A stretch of 59,105 bases of DNA, from NCBI GenBank assembly GCA_964535215.1, contig CAZHST010000014.1, positions 13,297 through 72,401 on the forward strand. The letters are read 5' to 3'. Source of the stretch: an uncultured bacterium. GTDB lineage: Bacteria > Methylomirabilota > Methylomirabilia > Methylomirabilales > JACQHM01. A program made the position numbers and the translations under genes. This document shows positions 9,722 to 20,323 of the stretch, piece by piece (positions within the stretch are counted from its first letter, which is position 1; each line of letters starts with the position of its first letter). The notes under the pieces are model-generated. The model saw nothing but the letters and a program-made list of their open reading frames with translations. It was not told the DNA's origin and ran no database searches.

Positions 9722-11409
9722 TCACCGCAGAGCCAGGGCCAACACCTTCAGGTCATGCCAGACAGAGGAATACGCCTCCTGCTGCCACACGGCAAGGCCG
9801 TTGTGCCCAGGAAGCTTCCCCTCCAGCCGCTTCAGGCAAGCCCTGACCCCACGGGTCATCCCTCCTCCTTCCCTCGGGGTATCAGCATTGACCTTCTGGG
9901 TCAGGCTTTGCTTGATTTGGGCTACGAATTGTTGAAGCTCTTTCGTGACCCGTTCCTTAAAGCCCATCGCCCGGCGGCCTATGACCAGGGCCGCCGCGCC
10001 GTGCACCGGAACCCCATACCGCGCCCTGTACTTCCAGTACCCGATGGTGGAGGTGTGCCGGGCGGGCACAAGTCTCAAGGGCACCCTTTCCTTCACCGCC
10101 CTCCGGCACACCGCTTCTACCATCCTGGCAAAGGGAAAGTTGGAAGCCAGGCGGTTAAACGTTTTGTTGGTCTCCAGCCGGTCCTTGCCAAAGGCCAGCT
10201 CCTCCAGGACAAGGGGTTTGCCCAGGAAGGAGGCTGTGTCTCCCACGACTTTGGCTAAAACGCCGATCAGGTAGTCCCGCCGGAACCCCGACGCATAGGC
10301 CAGGTCGGGGAGTCTGATGGAGAGAAAGCCGTTGGGGGACGTGATGACCTGAAACTCCCCCTCATACTTCCCCAAGTTGCCGGGGTAAGGGACCCTGAAC
10401 CCTTCCGGCCACGGCTCCGGCTGGCCTGAAGCGCTGACCTGGCACAGGGCCACGCCGTCGGGGTTCGTGTCCAAAGCCAAACAGCCCTCCGTAAGGTCAG
10501 CCTCCGGCCCCTCCCCCAGAGCAAACGTCAGATGGACCAAATATCGCCCTTCCGGGGTGCGGATCAACTCCCCCGTGTAGGGCCGCTTCATGGCCAACCC
10601 TAGCCGCACCAGGTCCCGGTGCTTCTCCGGCAGCCACAACTTGCCCTCTACCCTGGGAGCGCGGCGCATCTTCGGCCGATGGCGTTGATCTTCGCCCACC
10701 TGCTCCGAAAGGTGTGAGACGGTCACCGCCAGACGAAACTCCCCATCCCGGAAGGACACCTTCAGGTTCGGGTTGCCGCCTTTGGTTTCGTCTCCCCGGG
10801 CATAAAGCCGGTTTTGGCGGGCGGCCCGCCACTCCTCCCGCGCGGCCCGGCCTTTGCAGACCCTCCTCCAGAGCTTCCGGCCGCCGAAGATCACCTTCGG
10901 GATGGTGCCGTTGTCCCGGTAAGCTCTCAGTTCGGCCAGCTTCTCCTCCAGGGACCCCGCACGCCTCTGGCGCCCCCTGACTGTAAGGCGCAGCTTCTCC
11001 AGTTCAGCAGGAGCAACCCCCTTCTTTTCGGCCTTGGCCAGCTTCTTCATGGCCAGGCCGAGCTTCTTCCTGGCCCGGCCAGCTTCTTTTCCGTCTCCTC
11101 TATCTCCAGCTCCAGCAGCTCTTTCTGAGAGTCCAGCAGGGCCTGCGCTTTCAACCGCGCGTCGTCCGCATACCGGGAGTTCAGCCCGAAGAGCTCCTGC
11201 CCCCGCTTCTTGACCTCATCGCGGGAGACGCCTTCCAGGAGCCGGTTGAAGGCCCACCGCTGGCAGGCACAGAAAAGCCGCATCTCCGTAACAAGAGGGT
11301 CTTCCTCACCCCGGCTCCACTCTGGCGACCGGAAGGCCGGGTAACTCTCCGGGAAGAACTCCCCACAGACGGTCAAGCTAACTTTGTCCTTCACCGGCTT
11401 CTTCGGCAT
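9722..11409 (-). pseudogene. tnpB: tnpB (OrfB_IS605/TnpB-like RNA-guided nuclease homolog), frameshifted and with degenerate RuvC-III/Zn-finger region
   Basis: The N-part ORF (11047-11409, LFCACQRWAFNRLL...) and the C-part ORF (9722-11050) are in frames offset by 1 nt, within a repetitive AAGAAGCTGGCC coiled-coil region. RuvC-I LALDTNPDG and RuvC-II LVLEELAFG are present. Where YTSQTC...C..C...DxNAAxNI is expected, the sequence reads RHTSTIGYWKYRARYGVPVHGAAALVIGRRA. There are no cysteines and no Asp. Confidence 0.6.
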
Positions 11410-12008
11410 TCCTTATCAGCTCCCGAAAGCCCTGCCGGATTTTCTTCCCACCCCTCGCCCCATACAGCCGGGCCGAAAACGAGGTGACGACGGCCAGCAG
11501 GTCCCTCACCAGTTCGGCATGCGCGTCTTCCGGCTCTTGCTCGGCGGTGGCGACGATCGCTACACCACAGTACCGCAGGTGCCCCTCAAGGTATTCGTCC
11601 CCGAACCTCGCCAGCCTGTCGGGATCTTCGAGAAGCAGCTTTTTGAACTCACCCCGTTCGGCGCTTTTTAGCACCCGTTCCAGGCCCCGGCGGTTCTGGG
11701 TTAACCCCGAAGCCACATCCGAATACTCTGCCACGACACGGTAGCCCTTCCCCCGTGCGTAGGCCCGCAGCCGCTCCCGTTGCCGTTCCAAATTTCCGGC
11801 CTCGGCCTGCTTCTTCGTAGACACCCGGGCATAGAGGACAACCGCGTCCGGCTCTGCCTTTATCCCTAAATATACGGTTGATTTCCCCCACCGGGTATCT
11901 CCGCTGGCCGCTGGGCAACCGTACTGGCCTAATCAGGCCCTGTTTTTCCCATGCCCGAAGCCTGTTCGGGTGTACACCTAGTCTCTTTGCTGCTTCTCCA
12001 ATGGACAT
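11378..12008 (-). pseudogene. tnpA: tnpA, IS607-type serine recombinase (MerR-like HTH + resolvase catalytic domain), disrupted by a frameshift
   Basis: The HTH MSIGEAAKRLGVHPNRLRAWEKQGLIRP..GEINRIF is in one frame. The catalytic domain GIKAEPDAVVLYARVSTKKQ... (active-site Ser) is in another frame. The junction is near 11850-11870. Confidence 0.6.
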
Positions 12009-12161
12009 ATGTATCAGAATAGTTAACCACAGTCAATTACAGTCAAATCCAGCGAAGCTGCTGCAATCCTCCTTCCGGTGAAAGGCCTGTCCTCAACTAG
12101 CACAGGTCCTCTTTCCCAGTCAAGAGAAAAGGGGCCTTGCTCCCCCTTGGGGTGTTCGAGT

Positions 12162-12770
12162 ATGTTGTTCTGGATGAGGATCACGTCGGCGGAGTTTGTG
12201 AGAAGCGTCGGTTCCCCAGGAGACCTCCCCCGGGGGGACCTCCCCGAGATCGCCTTCGCCGGGCGGTCCAACGTGGGGAAGTCCTCCGTCATCAACCGGC
12301 TTTTGAACCGGAAGGGCCTGGCCAAGGTGGGTAAAACCCCAGGCCTGACCCGGACGATCAACTTCTTCAAGGTCAATGGGGCCTTCTACTTCGTTGATCT
12401 TCCGGGCTACGGCTATGCCGCCCTTCCCCGGGAGGTTCGGAGAGGATGGGGCCCCCTGATCGAAGGGTACCTGGTCTCCCCCCGCCCGCTGAAGGCGGCT
12501 GTCCTGATCCTGGACGCCCGGCACGGCCCGCAGCCTGCCGACCGGGATCTGAAGGCCTTTCTGGATCATCACCGCATCCCGGCCATCATCACCCTGACCA
12601 AGGTGGACAAGCTCCCTCGGGGACGGTGGAGGGATCAGTCCCGGCGGACCGGTGAGCTGTTGCAGGTTCCCCTTGAAGAGGTGATCCTGTTCTCGGCCGT
12701 GACCGGAGAGGGGGTGAAGGAGCTTCTGGCCGCCATCGCTTCCCACCTCTCTTCACCCCGGCGTTTCTAA
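12162..12770 (+). CDS. engB: ribosome biogenesis GTP-binding protein YsxC/EngB
   Basis: PEIAFAGRSNVGKSSVINRL G1 motif and FVDLPGYGYA. Start chosen at the ATG (MLFWMRITSAEF); the upstream portion of the listed ORF overlaps the IS end. Confidence 0.8.
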   Translation: MLFWMRITSAEFVRSVGSPGDLPRGDLPEIAFAGRSNVGKSSVINRLLNRKGLAKVGKTPGLTRTINFFKVNGAFYFVDLPGYGYAALPREVRRGWGPLIEGYLVSPRPLKAAVLILDARHGPQPADRDLKAFLDHHRIPAIITLTKVDKLPRGRWRDQSRRTGELLQVPLEEVILFSAVTGEGVKELLAAIASHLSSPRRF

Positions 12771-12839
12771 ATCACCGTTGACTCCTCCCCGGAACCCTGC
12801 TAAGCTTGCGCTAAACGGGTCAAAAAGGAGTGGAATTCG

Positions 12840-14603
12840 ATGCAGAGATCCCGCAGGCACGTGCACATCGTGGTGGCCATCCTCACCTTCGTGGCCTTTG
12901 GCTGCGCCCAAACAGCCCGGTCGCTGGAAAAGACCCCTTCTATCTTGAGCGCCAGGGACCCCGGAGGGGTCCCACCCGTTGGGGACGTCAGGGGGATTGA
13001 CCAGCGTTCGTATTATGCCTATACCTTGAGCGTCCTCGCCGAGCTGAAAGGGGATGTCCAGGAGGCTATCCGCTGGCAGCGGGAGGCCTTGAAGTATGAT
13101 CCCCAATCGCTCTACATGCAGGTGAACCTTGCCTCCCTCTACTTGAAGGCTGGGGACTTTAAGGCCGCCATTGACATCGGGGAGGAGATCGTGGCGAGGG
13201 AGCCCGATTACCTCCCCGCGCACCTTCTCCTGGCCACGGCCTACCGGAACCTTCGGAATTTTCGGAAGGCTGAGCACTACTATCGGCAGGTGATCCGGTT
13301 GGATCCCACCCACGGGGAGGCGTATCAGGCCCTTGGGAACCTGTACATCGAGGCCAGGAGCTTCCCGGAGGCCATCGAGATCTACAAGAAGCTGGTAGAG
13401 ATCGAACCTGGCTCTCATCTGATCCGCTACAACCTGGGCCGCCTGTACCTCGAGATGAAGGACCAGGAGGAGGCGCGGCGGTACTTCCGGGAGGCCCTCT
13501 CCCTAGAGCCGGATTTTGAGCCAGCCGTCATCGCCCTGGCCTCGAGCTTCGAGGGCGAGGGCCGGTATGATGAAGCGTTGCAGGTGTATGAGGAGGCGCT
13601 GAAAGCGGACCCGGATCGCCGTGAGCTCAGGGAGCGGCTCGCCCAGCTCCTTTTCCGCCAGGGGAATCTCGATGCCGCGAGGAGGGAATACGAGACGCTC
13701 CTGGAGCAGGAGCCTGGCAATACGAACCTGAGGCTCCGGGTTGGGTTCCTCTACTACGAGCAGCAGGCTTACCCCGAGGCCCTGGCGACCTTCCGGGAGA
13801 TCCTGAACCAGGAGCCCGCCAACAAGGAGGCCCTCTACTATCTTGCGGTCACGTTGGAGGAGATGAAACAGTTTGACCAGGCCCTTGAAGCCTTCCAGAA
13901 GTTTGTCCCTCAGGATGCCCATTACGCCGATGCCCTGCTGCACCGAGGATACATCTACGGTCAGAAGGGGATGTACCAGGAGGCCCTGGACACCCTTTCA
14001 ACGGCTGAGAAGCTGAAGCCGGGAGAGGCCAGTATCCCTTACCTTATCGGTGTGGTCTACATGCAGCGGAAGGAGTATGGGGCGGCCATCAAGAGCTTGG
14101 AGAAGGCCGTTTCCCTGGACAAGGACAACGCCAACTACTATTACCAGCTCGGGGCGGCCTTCGAGCGGGATCACAAGATCGAGCAGGCGGAGGAGGCCTT
14201 TAGGCGGGTCTTGGAGCTCAACCCGAAACATGCCGATGCCTATAATTACCTCGGGTATATGTTTGCCGAGGCGGGGATCAAGCTGGACGAGTCCATCGCC
14301 TTGATCAAGAAGGCCTTGGAGCTGGATCCAGACAACGGGGCCTTTGTGGATTCTCTCGGCTGGGCCTACTTTAAAAAGGGGATGGTGGAAGAGGCCCTGG
14401 CCGAGCTTCAACGGGCCGTTCGCCTTCTGAAGCAGCCAGACCCTGTCGTCCTGGAGCACCTAGGCGATGTCTACTTCCAGAAGGGGATGATCAGGGAGGC
14501 GATCCAGGAGTGGGAAAAGGCGGTGAAGCTCGATCCGAGCAATGAAGGCCTCCTCAAGAAGCTAAAGCAGGCCAAGGAGCTCATTTCCAGGGAGGGGAGA
14601 TGA
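12840..14603 (+). CDS. tetratricopeptide-repeat lipoprotein
   Basis: Signal peptide with lipobox (FVAFGCAQ) followed by about 14 TPR units. Confidence 0.75.
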   Translation: MQRSRRHVHIVVAILTFVAFGCAQTARSLEKTPSILSARDPGGVPPVGDVRGIDQRSYYAYTLSVLAELKGDVQEAIRWQREALKYDPQSLYMQVNLASLYLKAGDFKAAIDIGEEIVAREPDYLPAHLLLATAYRNLRNFRKAEHYYRQVIRLDPTHGEAYQALGNLYIEARSFPEAIEIYKKLVEIEPGSHLIRYNLGRLYLEMKDQEEARRYFREALSLEPDFEPAVIALASSFEGEGRYDEALQVYEEALKADPDRRELRERLAQLLFRQGNLDAARREYETLLEQEPGNTNLRLRVGFLYYEQQAYPEALATFREILNQEPANKEALYYLAVTLEEMKQFDQALEAFQKFVPQDAHYADALLHRGYIYGQKGMYQEALDTLSTAEKLKPGEASIPYLIGVVYMQRKEYGAAIKSLEKAVSLDKDNANYYYQLGAAFERDHKIEQAEEAFRRVLELNPKHADAYNYLGYMFAEAGIKLDESIALIKKALELDPDNGAFVDSLGWAYFKKGMVEEALAELQRAVRLLKQPDPVVLEHLGDVYFQKGMIREAIQEWEKAVKLDPSNEGLLKKLKQAKELISREGR

Positions 14604-15385
14604 CGGTCAGGGCTCGGCTTCTCCCCTGGGGGGTCTTGGTGCTCATCGCCGGATGTGCCACCGTCCCCAGGATGCAGGAACTTCAGGGGACGATCCTTCC
14701 TGAAGGCCCGGTTCTGGAAAAGCTCCGGGCCTACGAGGAGCGGATCACCTCCCTGAAAGCCTTCGCCGACATCAAGATCACGAGAGGGGGGGAGAGCCTC
14801 AGGCTTCAGGAGGTCGCCCTGCTCTCCCCCCCCTCCCATCTCCGGCTGGAGGCGTTAGGGTTTGGGGGGCTTCCCACCTTTATCCTGGCCACCGATGGAG
14901 AGTGGCTGTACGCCCATTTCCTTCTCTCCCAGGAGTTCGTCAGGGCACGGGTGACCCCGAATAACCTTTTTGCGCTTACCGGTGTACGAGCCGCCCCCGA
15001 GCATGTCATCAGGATCCTCTCAGGGCTCCCCCCCCTCCCGCCCCAAAAGGGGGTTCTCAGATCCCTTGACGGCGGAAGGCGGACCTGGCTCGAGACCGAT
15101 GCGGGATCCTTCCAGCAGAGGATCTGGCTGGAGGGGGAGGCCTCCATCCAAGGCGGCGAGCTTTATCAGGATAAGGTCCTTACGTTAACCTTTACCTTCA
15201 AGGAGAAGATGAACCAGCAAGGGATCCCCTTCCCCTCCCAGATCACGTTCGAAAAACCCCGAGAGGGGCTCATGGTCGAGGTCACGTATCACCGGGTGGA
15301 CCTGGGCGCCCCCATCCCTCCTGCCGCCTTCACCCTGCCCCTGCCCAATGACGGCTCTACCCGCATCCTTGAGCTTGGATCGTAG
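14600..15385 (+). CDS. outer-membrane lipoprotein LolB-like protein
   Basis: Lipoprotein signal (LIAGCATVP). Position immediately upstream of ispE–prs matches the conserved lolB–ispE–prs arrangement. ATGA overlap with the upstream TPR gene. Confidence 0.55.
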   Translation: MTVRARLLPWGVLVLIAGCATVPRMQELQGTILPEGPVLEKLRAYEERITSLKAFADIKITRGGESLRLQEVALLSPPSHLRLEALGFGGLPTFILATDGEWLYAHFLLSQEFVRARVTPNNLFALTGVRAAPEHVIRILSGLPPLPPQKGVLRSLDGGRRTWLETDAGSFQQRIWLEGEASIQGGELYQDKVLTLTFTFKEKMNQQGIPFPSQITFEKPREGLMVEVTYHRVDLGAPIPPAAFTLPLPNDGSTRILELGS

Positions 15386-15387
15386 GT

Positions 15388-16263
15388 ATGGAGACCCTCG
15401 CCTTGCCCTCCCCTGCCAAGATCAACCTCTTCTTGGAGGTTTTGGCCAAACGGGATGATGGCTACCACGAGATCCGTTCTGCCCTCCAGTTGATCGATCT
15501 TTCTGACCAGGTGACCTTGACCAGGACAGAGGGGGGGATCGTTGTGAAGGTCAAGGGGGAGGCCGCCCCATCCGGGCAGGAGAACTTGGCCTATCGGGCT
15601 GCGGAGCTGTTGCTCAAGGAAGCGGGGATCAGAGGAGGAGCAGAGGTGACCATTGAGAAACGGATCCCTGTCGGAGGAGGGTTAGGGGGGGGATCGAGTA
15701 ATGCGGCGACGACCCTTTGGGGGTTGAACCTCCTCTTCGGTTTGAGGCTTTCCCTGGAAACCTTGATGGACCTGGGGGCTCGGCTCGGGGCCGATGTGCC
15801 GTTTTTCTTCTCGGGAGGTCTTGCCTTCGCCACCGGTCGGGGGGAAAGGCTTCAGCCCCTCCCCCCTCTCCCCCCCTGGTGGGTAGTGGTGGCCAATCCC
15901 GGTCTCTCCATTTCAACGGGCTGGGTCTATCAGACCTTGACGCTGCCGTTGACAGACGAGGCGTTAGCCCTTACCATAAAAGATCTCTTGCTGCGTGGTG
16001 AGGGAGGGAGAGCCCTCTCCCTCTCGTTCAACCGTCTGGAGGAGGTGGTCCTTCCCCGCTATCCGGAGGTCGCCCAGTTGAAAGGGCTCCTCACCTCGTG
16101 GGGGGCCAAGCCTGTCCTGATGGCGGGGAGTGGGTCATCCGTCTTTGGCATGGTGCCGGAGCGCCGGCAGGGGGAGGCGATGGTGGAAAGGTTACGGGAG
16201 GCCGGCATTAGGGCCTTCCTTAGCCGGACCTTGGACCATAATCCCCTGTTCAAGGTTCCGTAG
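15388..16263 (+). CDS. ispE: 4-diphosphocytidyl-2-C-methyl-D-erythritol kinase
   Basis: GHMP kinase motifs: [24 protein letters not shown]. Confidence 0.85.
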   Translation: METLALPSPAKINLFLEVLAKRDDGYHEIRSALQLIDLSDQVTLTRTEGGIVVKVKGEAAPSGQENLAYRAAELLLKEAGIRGGAEVTIEKRIPVGGGLGGGSSNAATTLWGLNLLFGLRLSLETLMDLGARLGADVPFFFSGGLAFATGRGERLQPLPPLPPWWVVVANPGLSISTGWVYQTLTLPLTDEALALTIKDLLLRGEGGRALSLSFNRLEEVVLPRYPEVAQLKGLLTSWGAKPVLMAGSGSSVFGMVPERRQGEAMVERLREAGIRAFLSRTLDHNPLFKVP

Positions 16264-16292
16264 CGTTCGGCCAATCGGCAATCCGCTAACGG

Positions 16293-16366
16293 TGGGGCGT
16301 GGCCAAGCGGTAAGGCGCGGGACTTTGGATCCCGTATCCGGAGGTTCGAATCCTCCCGCCCCAGCC
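16293..16366 (+). tRNA. tRNA-Gln (anticodon TTG)
   Basis: Cloverleaf TGGGGCG..GCCAAGCGGTAAGGC..CGGGA-CTTTGGA-TCCCG..GGAGGTTCGAATCCTCC-CGCCCCA. The anticodon loop CTTTGGA gives TTG. Confidence 0.85.
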
Positions 16367-16489
16367 CCAGCTTACCCTTCATCCCGATCCGCAAAACGGA
16401 TTGGAGGGGTGGACAAGTTCATGAGGAGCGATTACAATGGTAGGTTGGTGAGCTGGACAAGGAGAACCAATCGCCACAAGAGGGGGGAG

Positions 16490-17425
16490 ATGGCCCAGCT
16501 GATCGTTTTTTCCGGCAATGCAAATCTTCCGCTTGCTCACGAGATCGCTGATTACCTGGGGATCCCGCTGGGGAAGGCCGAGGTCTCCCAGTTCGCCGAT
16601 GGAGAGGTCTTCGTCCAGATCTTCGAGAATGTTCGGGGGGCTGACGTCTTCGTCATCCAGCCGACCTGTCCGCCTGTGGATCATCATCTCATGGAACTGT
16701 TGATCATGGTTGATGCCCTGAAACGGGCCTCGGCTTCCCGGATCACGGCCGTCCTCCCCTACTACGGTTACGCCAGACAGGACCGGAAGGTCCAGCCCAG
16801 GGTTCCTATCACCGCCAAGCTGGTGGCAGACCTCATCACGGCGGCAGGGGCCCATCGGATCTTGACCCTGGATCTCCACGCCGGCCAGATCCAAGGCTTC
16901 TTCAACATCCCGGTGGATCATCTCTACGCCACCCCGGTCCAGCTCGAGTACTTTAAGGAACGGACATGGCAGGAGGAAACGGTGGTGGTCTCTCCCGATG
17001 CCGGCGGCGTGGAACGGGCCCGGGCCTTCGCGAAACGCCTGGGGGCGTCCTTGGCCATCATTGATAAAAGACGGGTCGGCCCCAACGAGGCCCAGATCAT
17101 GAACGTTATCGGCGAGGTCGAGGGGAAGGATGTGATCATCATTGATGACATTGTGGATACGGCCGGCACCCTGACCAAGGCCTCCGAGGCCCTGAAGGGT
17201 AAAGGGGCACGGCGGATTTACGCAAGCTGCACCCATGCGGTCCTCTCGGGGCAGGCCATTGATCGGATCGAGGCCTCGCCGATTGACGAGGTGGTGGTGA
17301 CGAATACCATCCCCCTCGGGGAGAAGTCCTCAAAGAAGCTGACCGTGCTCTCGGTGGCGTCCCTGCTGGGGGAGGCCATTAGGCGGATCCATCGCGAGGA
17401 GTCGGTCAGTTCGCTCTTCGTCTGA
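16490..17425 (+). CDS. prs: ribose-phosphate pyrophosphokinase
   Basis: [21 protein letters not shown]-terminus and PRPP-binding motif DDIVDTAGT. Start set at the ATG that matches the family N-terminus, not the longer upstream ORF. Confidence 0.9.
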   Translation: MAQLIVFSGNANLPLAHEIADYLGIPLGKAEVSQFADGEVFVQIFENVRGADVFVIQPTCPPVDHHLMELLIMVDALKRASASRITAVLPYYGYARQDRKVQPRVPITAKLVADLITAAGAHRILTLDLHAGQIQGFFNIPVDHLYATPVQLEYFKERTWQEETVVVSPDAGGVERARAFAKRLGASLAIIDKRRVGPNEAQIMNVIGEVEGKDVIIIDDIVDTAGTLTKASEALKGKGARRIYASCTHAVLSGQAIDRIEASPIDEVVVTNTIPLGEKSSKKLTVLSVASLLGEAIRRIHREESVSSLFV

Positions 17426-17481
17426 GAAAAGACACGGGCCTTCAGCCATCCGCCATCAGCCAGGATTTAATGGAGGTTATG

Positions 17482-18108
17482 ATGCAGTTCGTGGACCTGA
17501 AGGGAGAGGTTCGACAGGGGAAAGGGAAAGGGGCTTGCCGGAAGCTCCGTCAGAGGAATCTCCTCCCGGCCGTCGTCTACGGGGGGGGAGGGGGAGGGCT
17601 TCCCATTGTGGTCAACCCCCGGGAGCTCCTGAAGGTTCTGGGGCATGGGGAGAATGTCCTCATCAGGCTCTCCCTGGAAGGGGGTGGGGGCACCAGAACG
17701 GTGATCCTCAAGGAGCTCCAACGGCACCCGGTCCGGGGCAGTCTGCTCCACGCGGATTTTCAGGAGATCTCCATGGAGCGGAAGATTACCGTTGCCGTCC
17801 CCCTGGTCTTGGTGGGCGAGGCGATAGGGAAGCTCAAAGGAGGGATCGTGGATCAGAGCCTCCGGGAGGTTGAGGTGGAGTGCCTGCCCTTGACCATCCC
17901 TGAGCGGATTGAGGTGGACGTGAGTGGTCTTGATCTGGGCGACACCCTCCATGTGCGGGATCTGAAGGTGCCGGAAGGGATCCGGGTCCTGGAGGACCCG
18001 GAGCTGACGGTAGCCTCTGTGGTGGCCCCGGAGGTGGAGGCGGTGGAGGAGACGGCGCCGGTGGCCACCCCCGAGGCTGTGAAGGCGCCGACCAAGCCTG
18101 TTGAGTGA
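17482..18108 (+). CDS. rplY: 50S ribosomal protein L25 / general stress protein Ctc
   Basis: GKGACRKLRQRNLLPAVVYG N-terminal L25 motif. GGAGG lies 5 nt upstream of this ATG. Confidence 0.8.
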   Translation: MQFVDLKGEVRQGKGKGACRKLRQRNLLPAVVYGGGGGGLPIVVNPRELLKVLGHGENVLIRLSLEGGGGTRTVILKELQRHPVRGSLLHADFQEISMERKITVAVPLVLVGEAIGKLKGGIVDQSLREVEVECLPLTIPERIEVDVSGLDLGDTLHVRDLKVPEGIRVLEDPELTVASVVAPEVEAVEETAPVATPEAVKAPTKPVE

Positions 18109-18719
18109 GGGATGCGTTGTGGCTGATCGTGGGATTGGGGAATCCAGGTCCGGATTACGAAAACACCCGGCACAACCTGGGGTTCATGGTGGTGGATGAG
18201 TTGGCCCAGCGCCTCCAGCCTGGGAAGTGGGGGAGGCGGTACGATGCCCGCTATCTGGCCGCGCGGCTCCGGGGGAAGGAGGTGGTTCTGGTCGAACCTT
18301 TGACCTTCATGAACAATAGCGGGGGACCTGTTCGGGCCTGGCTCCAGGCCTTAGGCCTTCCCACCTCCGGCTTGATCGTGGTCCACGATGACCTGGATCT
18401 CCCGTGGGGGAGGTTGAAGGTCGTTGCCGGCGGGGGTCATGGGGGTCACCGAGGGGTGCGCTCCATCCAGGAAGAGCTTCAAGCCTCTGACTTCATCCGG
18501 GTGAAGCTTGGGATCGGCCATCCTGGCCGAGGGGTTGATCCAACCGGTTACGTCCTGGCCCCCTTCGGGGAGGATGAAAAGGAGACGGTAATGGAGGTCG
18601 TCAAGCGGGGGGCCGATGCTGTCGAGGTCATTGTGGCCGACGGAATCGAGGTGGCCCAGAACCGCTTCAATCGCCGCCCCTCCGGACAGGGACTCGGGGC
18701 GAGCGATCAGAGGTGCTGA
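18105..18719 (+). CDS. pth: peptidyl-tRNA hydrolase
   Basis: LIVGLGNPGPDYENTRHNLGF. GTG start overlapping the rplY stop. Confidence 0.85.
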   Translation: MRDALWLIVGLGNPGPDYENTRHNLGFMVVDELAQRLQPGKWGRRYDARYLAARLRGKEVVLVEPLTFMNNSGGPVRAWLQALGLPTSGLIVVHDDLDLPWGRLKVVAGGGHGGHRGVRSIQEELQASDFIRVKLGIGHPGRGVDPTGYVLAPFGEDEKETVMEVVKRGADAVEVIVADGIEVAQNRFNRRPSGQGLGASDQRC

Positions 18720-18762
18720 AAGCCGACGGCTGAAAACTGAATGCTTACAAGGAGGTGAGGCA

Positions 18763-19116
18763 TTGAGATCATACGAGTTTGTCTTCATCCTGGACCCGGC
18801 CCTTCCGGAAGAGGCGGTAGAGGCTGAGGTCAGGGTGGCCCAGGATCTCATCCTCCGCGAGGGGGGGGAGATCCTGGAAGTCCAGCGGTGGGGCAAGAAA
18901 CGTCTGGCCTACGAGATTCGAAAACGGAAAGAGGGGTCTTATGCCCTGATCCGCTTCAGAGGTGGCCCCAGGTTGATCGAGGAGCTGGAGAGGCATGCCA
19001 AGCTGAACGAGGCGATCTTGAGGCACCTCATGGTGAGGGTCACGGAGCCGAAGAAGGCCCCCTCGGAGATAAGCCCGGTGGAGGAGGTGGCGGCCCCGGC
19101 AGAGGAGGCGTCGTAA
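18763..19116 (+). CDS. rpsF: 30S ribosomal protein S6
   Basis: (L/M)RSYEFVFILDP N-terminus. TTG start preceded by AAGGAGGTG. The longer listed ORF overlaps pth and is unlikely. Confidence 0.8.
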   Translation: MRSYEFVFILDPALPEEAVEAEVRVAQDLILREGGEILEVQRWGKKRLAYEIRKRKEGSYALIRFRGGPRLIEELERHAKLNEAILRHLMVRVTEPKKAPSEISPVEEVAAPAEEAS

Positions 19117-19117
19117 G

Positions 19118-19522
19118 ATGGCCAGCTTCAACAAGGTGATCTTGCTTGGCAACCTGACGAGGGATCCTGAACTCCGTTACACCCCGAACGGCTCTCCCGT
19201 CTGTAGCTTCGACCTCGCGGTGGATCGCACCTACACGACCCAGGCCGGTGAGCGGCGCGATGAGGTGTGTTACATCACGATCGTTGTCTGGGGAAAGCAG
19301 GCGGAGCTGTGTGCCGAATACCTGGCCAAAGGTCGGACGACCTTGGTGGAGGGGCGCCTCCAGCAACGCTCCTGGGAAACCCCTGAAGGTCAGCGGCGGA
19401 CCAAGCACGAGGTGGTGGCGGAGCGGATCCAGTTTATTGGGGGCCGAAAGGGCCCTGCTCCGGAACCTTCTGAACCGGACGAGGAGCATCGGAGCCTGGA
19501 GGAAGACGAACCCCCCTTTTAA
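19118..19522 (+). CDS. ssb: single-stranded DNA-binding protein
   Basis: [27 protein letters not shown]-fold and acidic C-terminal tail ending DEPPF. Confidence 0.85.
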   Translation: MASFNKVILLGNLTRDPELRYTPNGSPVCSFDLAVDRTYTTQAGERRDEVCYITIVVWGKQAELCAEYLAKGRTTLVEGRLQQRSWETPEGQRRTKHEVVAERIQFIGGRKGPAPEPSEPDEEHRSLEEDEPPF

Positions 19523-19605
19523 GACCTTGCGGTTTGCGGTCAGCGGGCTCGGGCTCCCGGGGCAGGGTGCTGGGCATGACCCGCTTGGGTCAACCGCGGA
19601 GCGCC

Positions 19606-19860
19606 TGGTGGATGGAGGAGGAGATGCTGAGGAGACGGAGGAACCTGCGCCGTCAAAAGATCTGTAAGTTCTGTTTAGACAAGGTTGAGTCCATTGATTA
19701 CAAAGATGTGAAGCGCCTGAGGAACTTCATCACCGACCGGGGAAAGATCGTTCCCCGTCGTATCTCCGGTAACTGTGCCTACCATCAACGGCAACTGACC
19801 ACCGCCATCAAGCGGGCGAGGAACCTCGCCCTCCTTCCCTTTGCAGCCGAGATGGCCTAG
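19606..19860 (+). CDS. rpsR: 30S ribosomal protein S18
   Basis: [18 protein letters not shown]...[13 protein letters not shown]. The exact start is uncertain among the upstream Met codons. Confidence 0.75.
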   Translation, partial: WWMEEEMLRRRRNLRRQKICKFCLDKVESIDYKDVKRLRNFITDRGKIVPRRISGNCAYHQRQLTTAIKRARNLALLPFAAEMA

Positions 19861-19879
19861 TGGAACATCGGAGGGCAAC

Positions 19880-20323
19880 ATGAAGGTGATCCTCTTAGAG
19901 GAGGTGGCCAAGCTGGGGAAGGCCGGGATGACCGTGGACGTGGCCGATGGCTATGCCCGTAACTTCCTCATCCCAAGGAAGATGGCCGTTGTGGCATCCC
20001 GGGCAAACTTGAAAGCCCTTGAGGAGCTGATCGCCCAGGGGAAACTCAGGCAGGAACGGGTGAGGAAAGAAGCGGAGGCCCTGTCCCAGAGGATTGCTGC
20101 CTTAACCGTCGTCCTGCACCGGCAGGCCGGGGGGCAGGGGAAGCTTTTTGGCTCCGTCACCAAGGTGGACATTGCTCAAGCCCTCGAAAAGCAGGGGATC
20201 GTGGTGGATCGGAAGAACATCCTCCTGGAGGAGCCTATCAAGGCCGTTGGCGAGTACCGGATCCCCATCAAGGTTCACCCCGAGATCAAGGCCTCCCTGA
20301 CCCTTGTCGTCGAGGCGGCCTGA
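19880..20323 (+). CDS. rplI: 50S ribosomal protein L9
   Basis: MKVILLEEVAKLGKAG...GYARNFLIP. Confidence 0.85.
   Translation: MKVILLEEVAKLGKAGMTVDVADGYARNFLIPRKMAVVASRANLKALEELIAQGKLRQERVRKEAEALSQRIAALTVVLHRQAGGQGKLFGSVTKVDIAQALEKQGIVVDRKNILLEEPIKAVGEYRIPIKVHPEIKASLTLVVEAA

Larger units (their letters stand above)
9440..12140 (-). mobile_element. IS607-family insertion sequence relic (tnpA serine recombinase + tnpB), inserted between divergent leuB and engB
   Basis: MerR-HTH/serine-recombinase tnpA overlaps the start of a TnpB-like ORF in the same orientation, which is the canonical IS607 organisation. Both genes are frameshifted. The exact ends cannot be set without a reference. Confidence 0.55.

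Noticed and set aside
11031-11110. Repetitive AAGAAGCTGGCC tract at the tnpB frameshift as a programmed -1 ribosomal frameshift site
   Set aside because: No canonical slippery heptamer (A AAA AAG type) or downstream pseudoknot is evident. tnpA is also frameshifted, favouring decay or sequencing error.
17580-17600. Poly-glycine run (YGGGGGGLP) in L25 and several GGGGGG/CCCCCC nucleotide runs
   Set aside because: Compositional consequence of high GC content. It lies inside a conserved loop of L25/Ctc, with no independent signal.
19118-19522. ssb located inside the rpsF–rpsR–rplI ribosomal operon
   Set aside because: rpsF–ssb–rpsR is a common, well-known arrangement in many bacteria (with priB in its place in enterics). 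It is not unusual.
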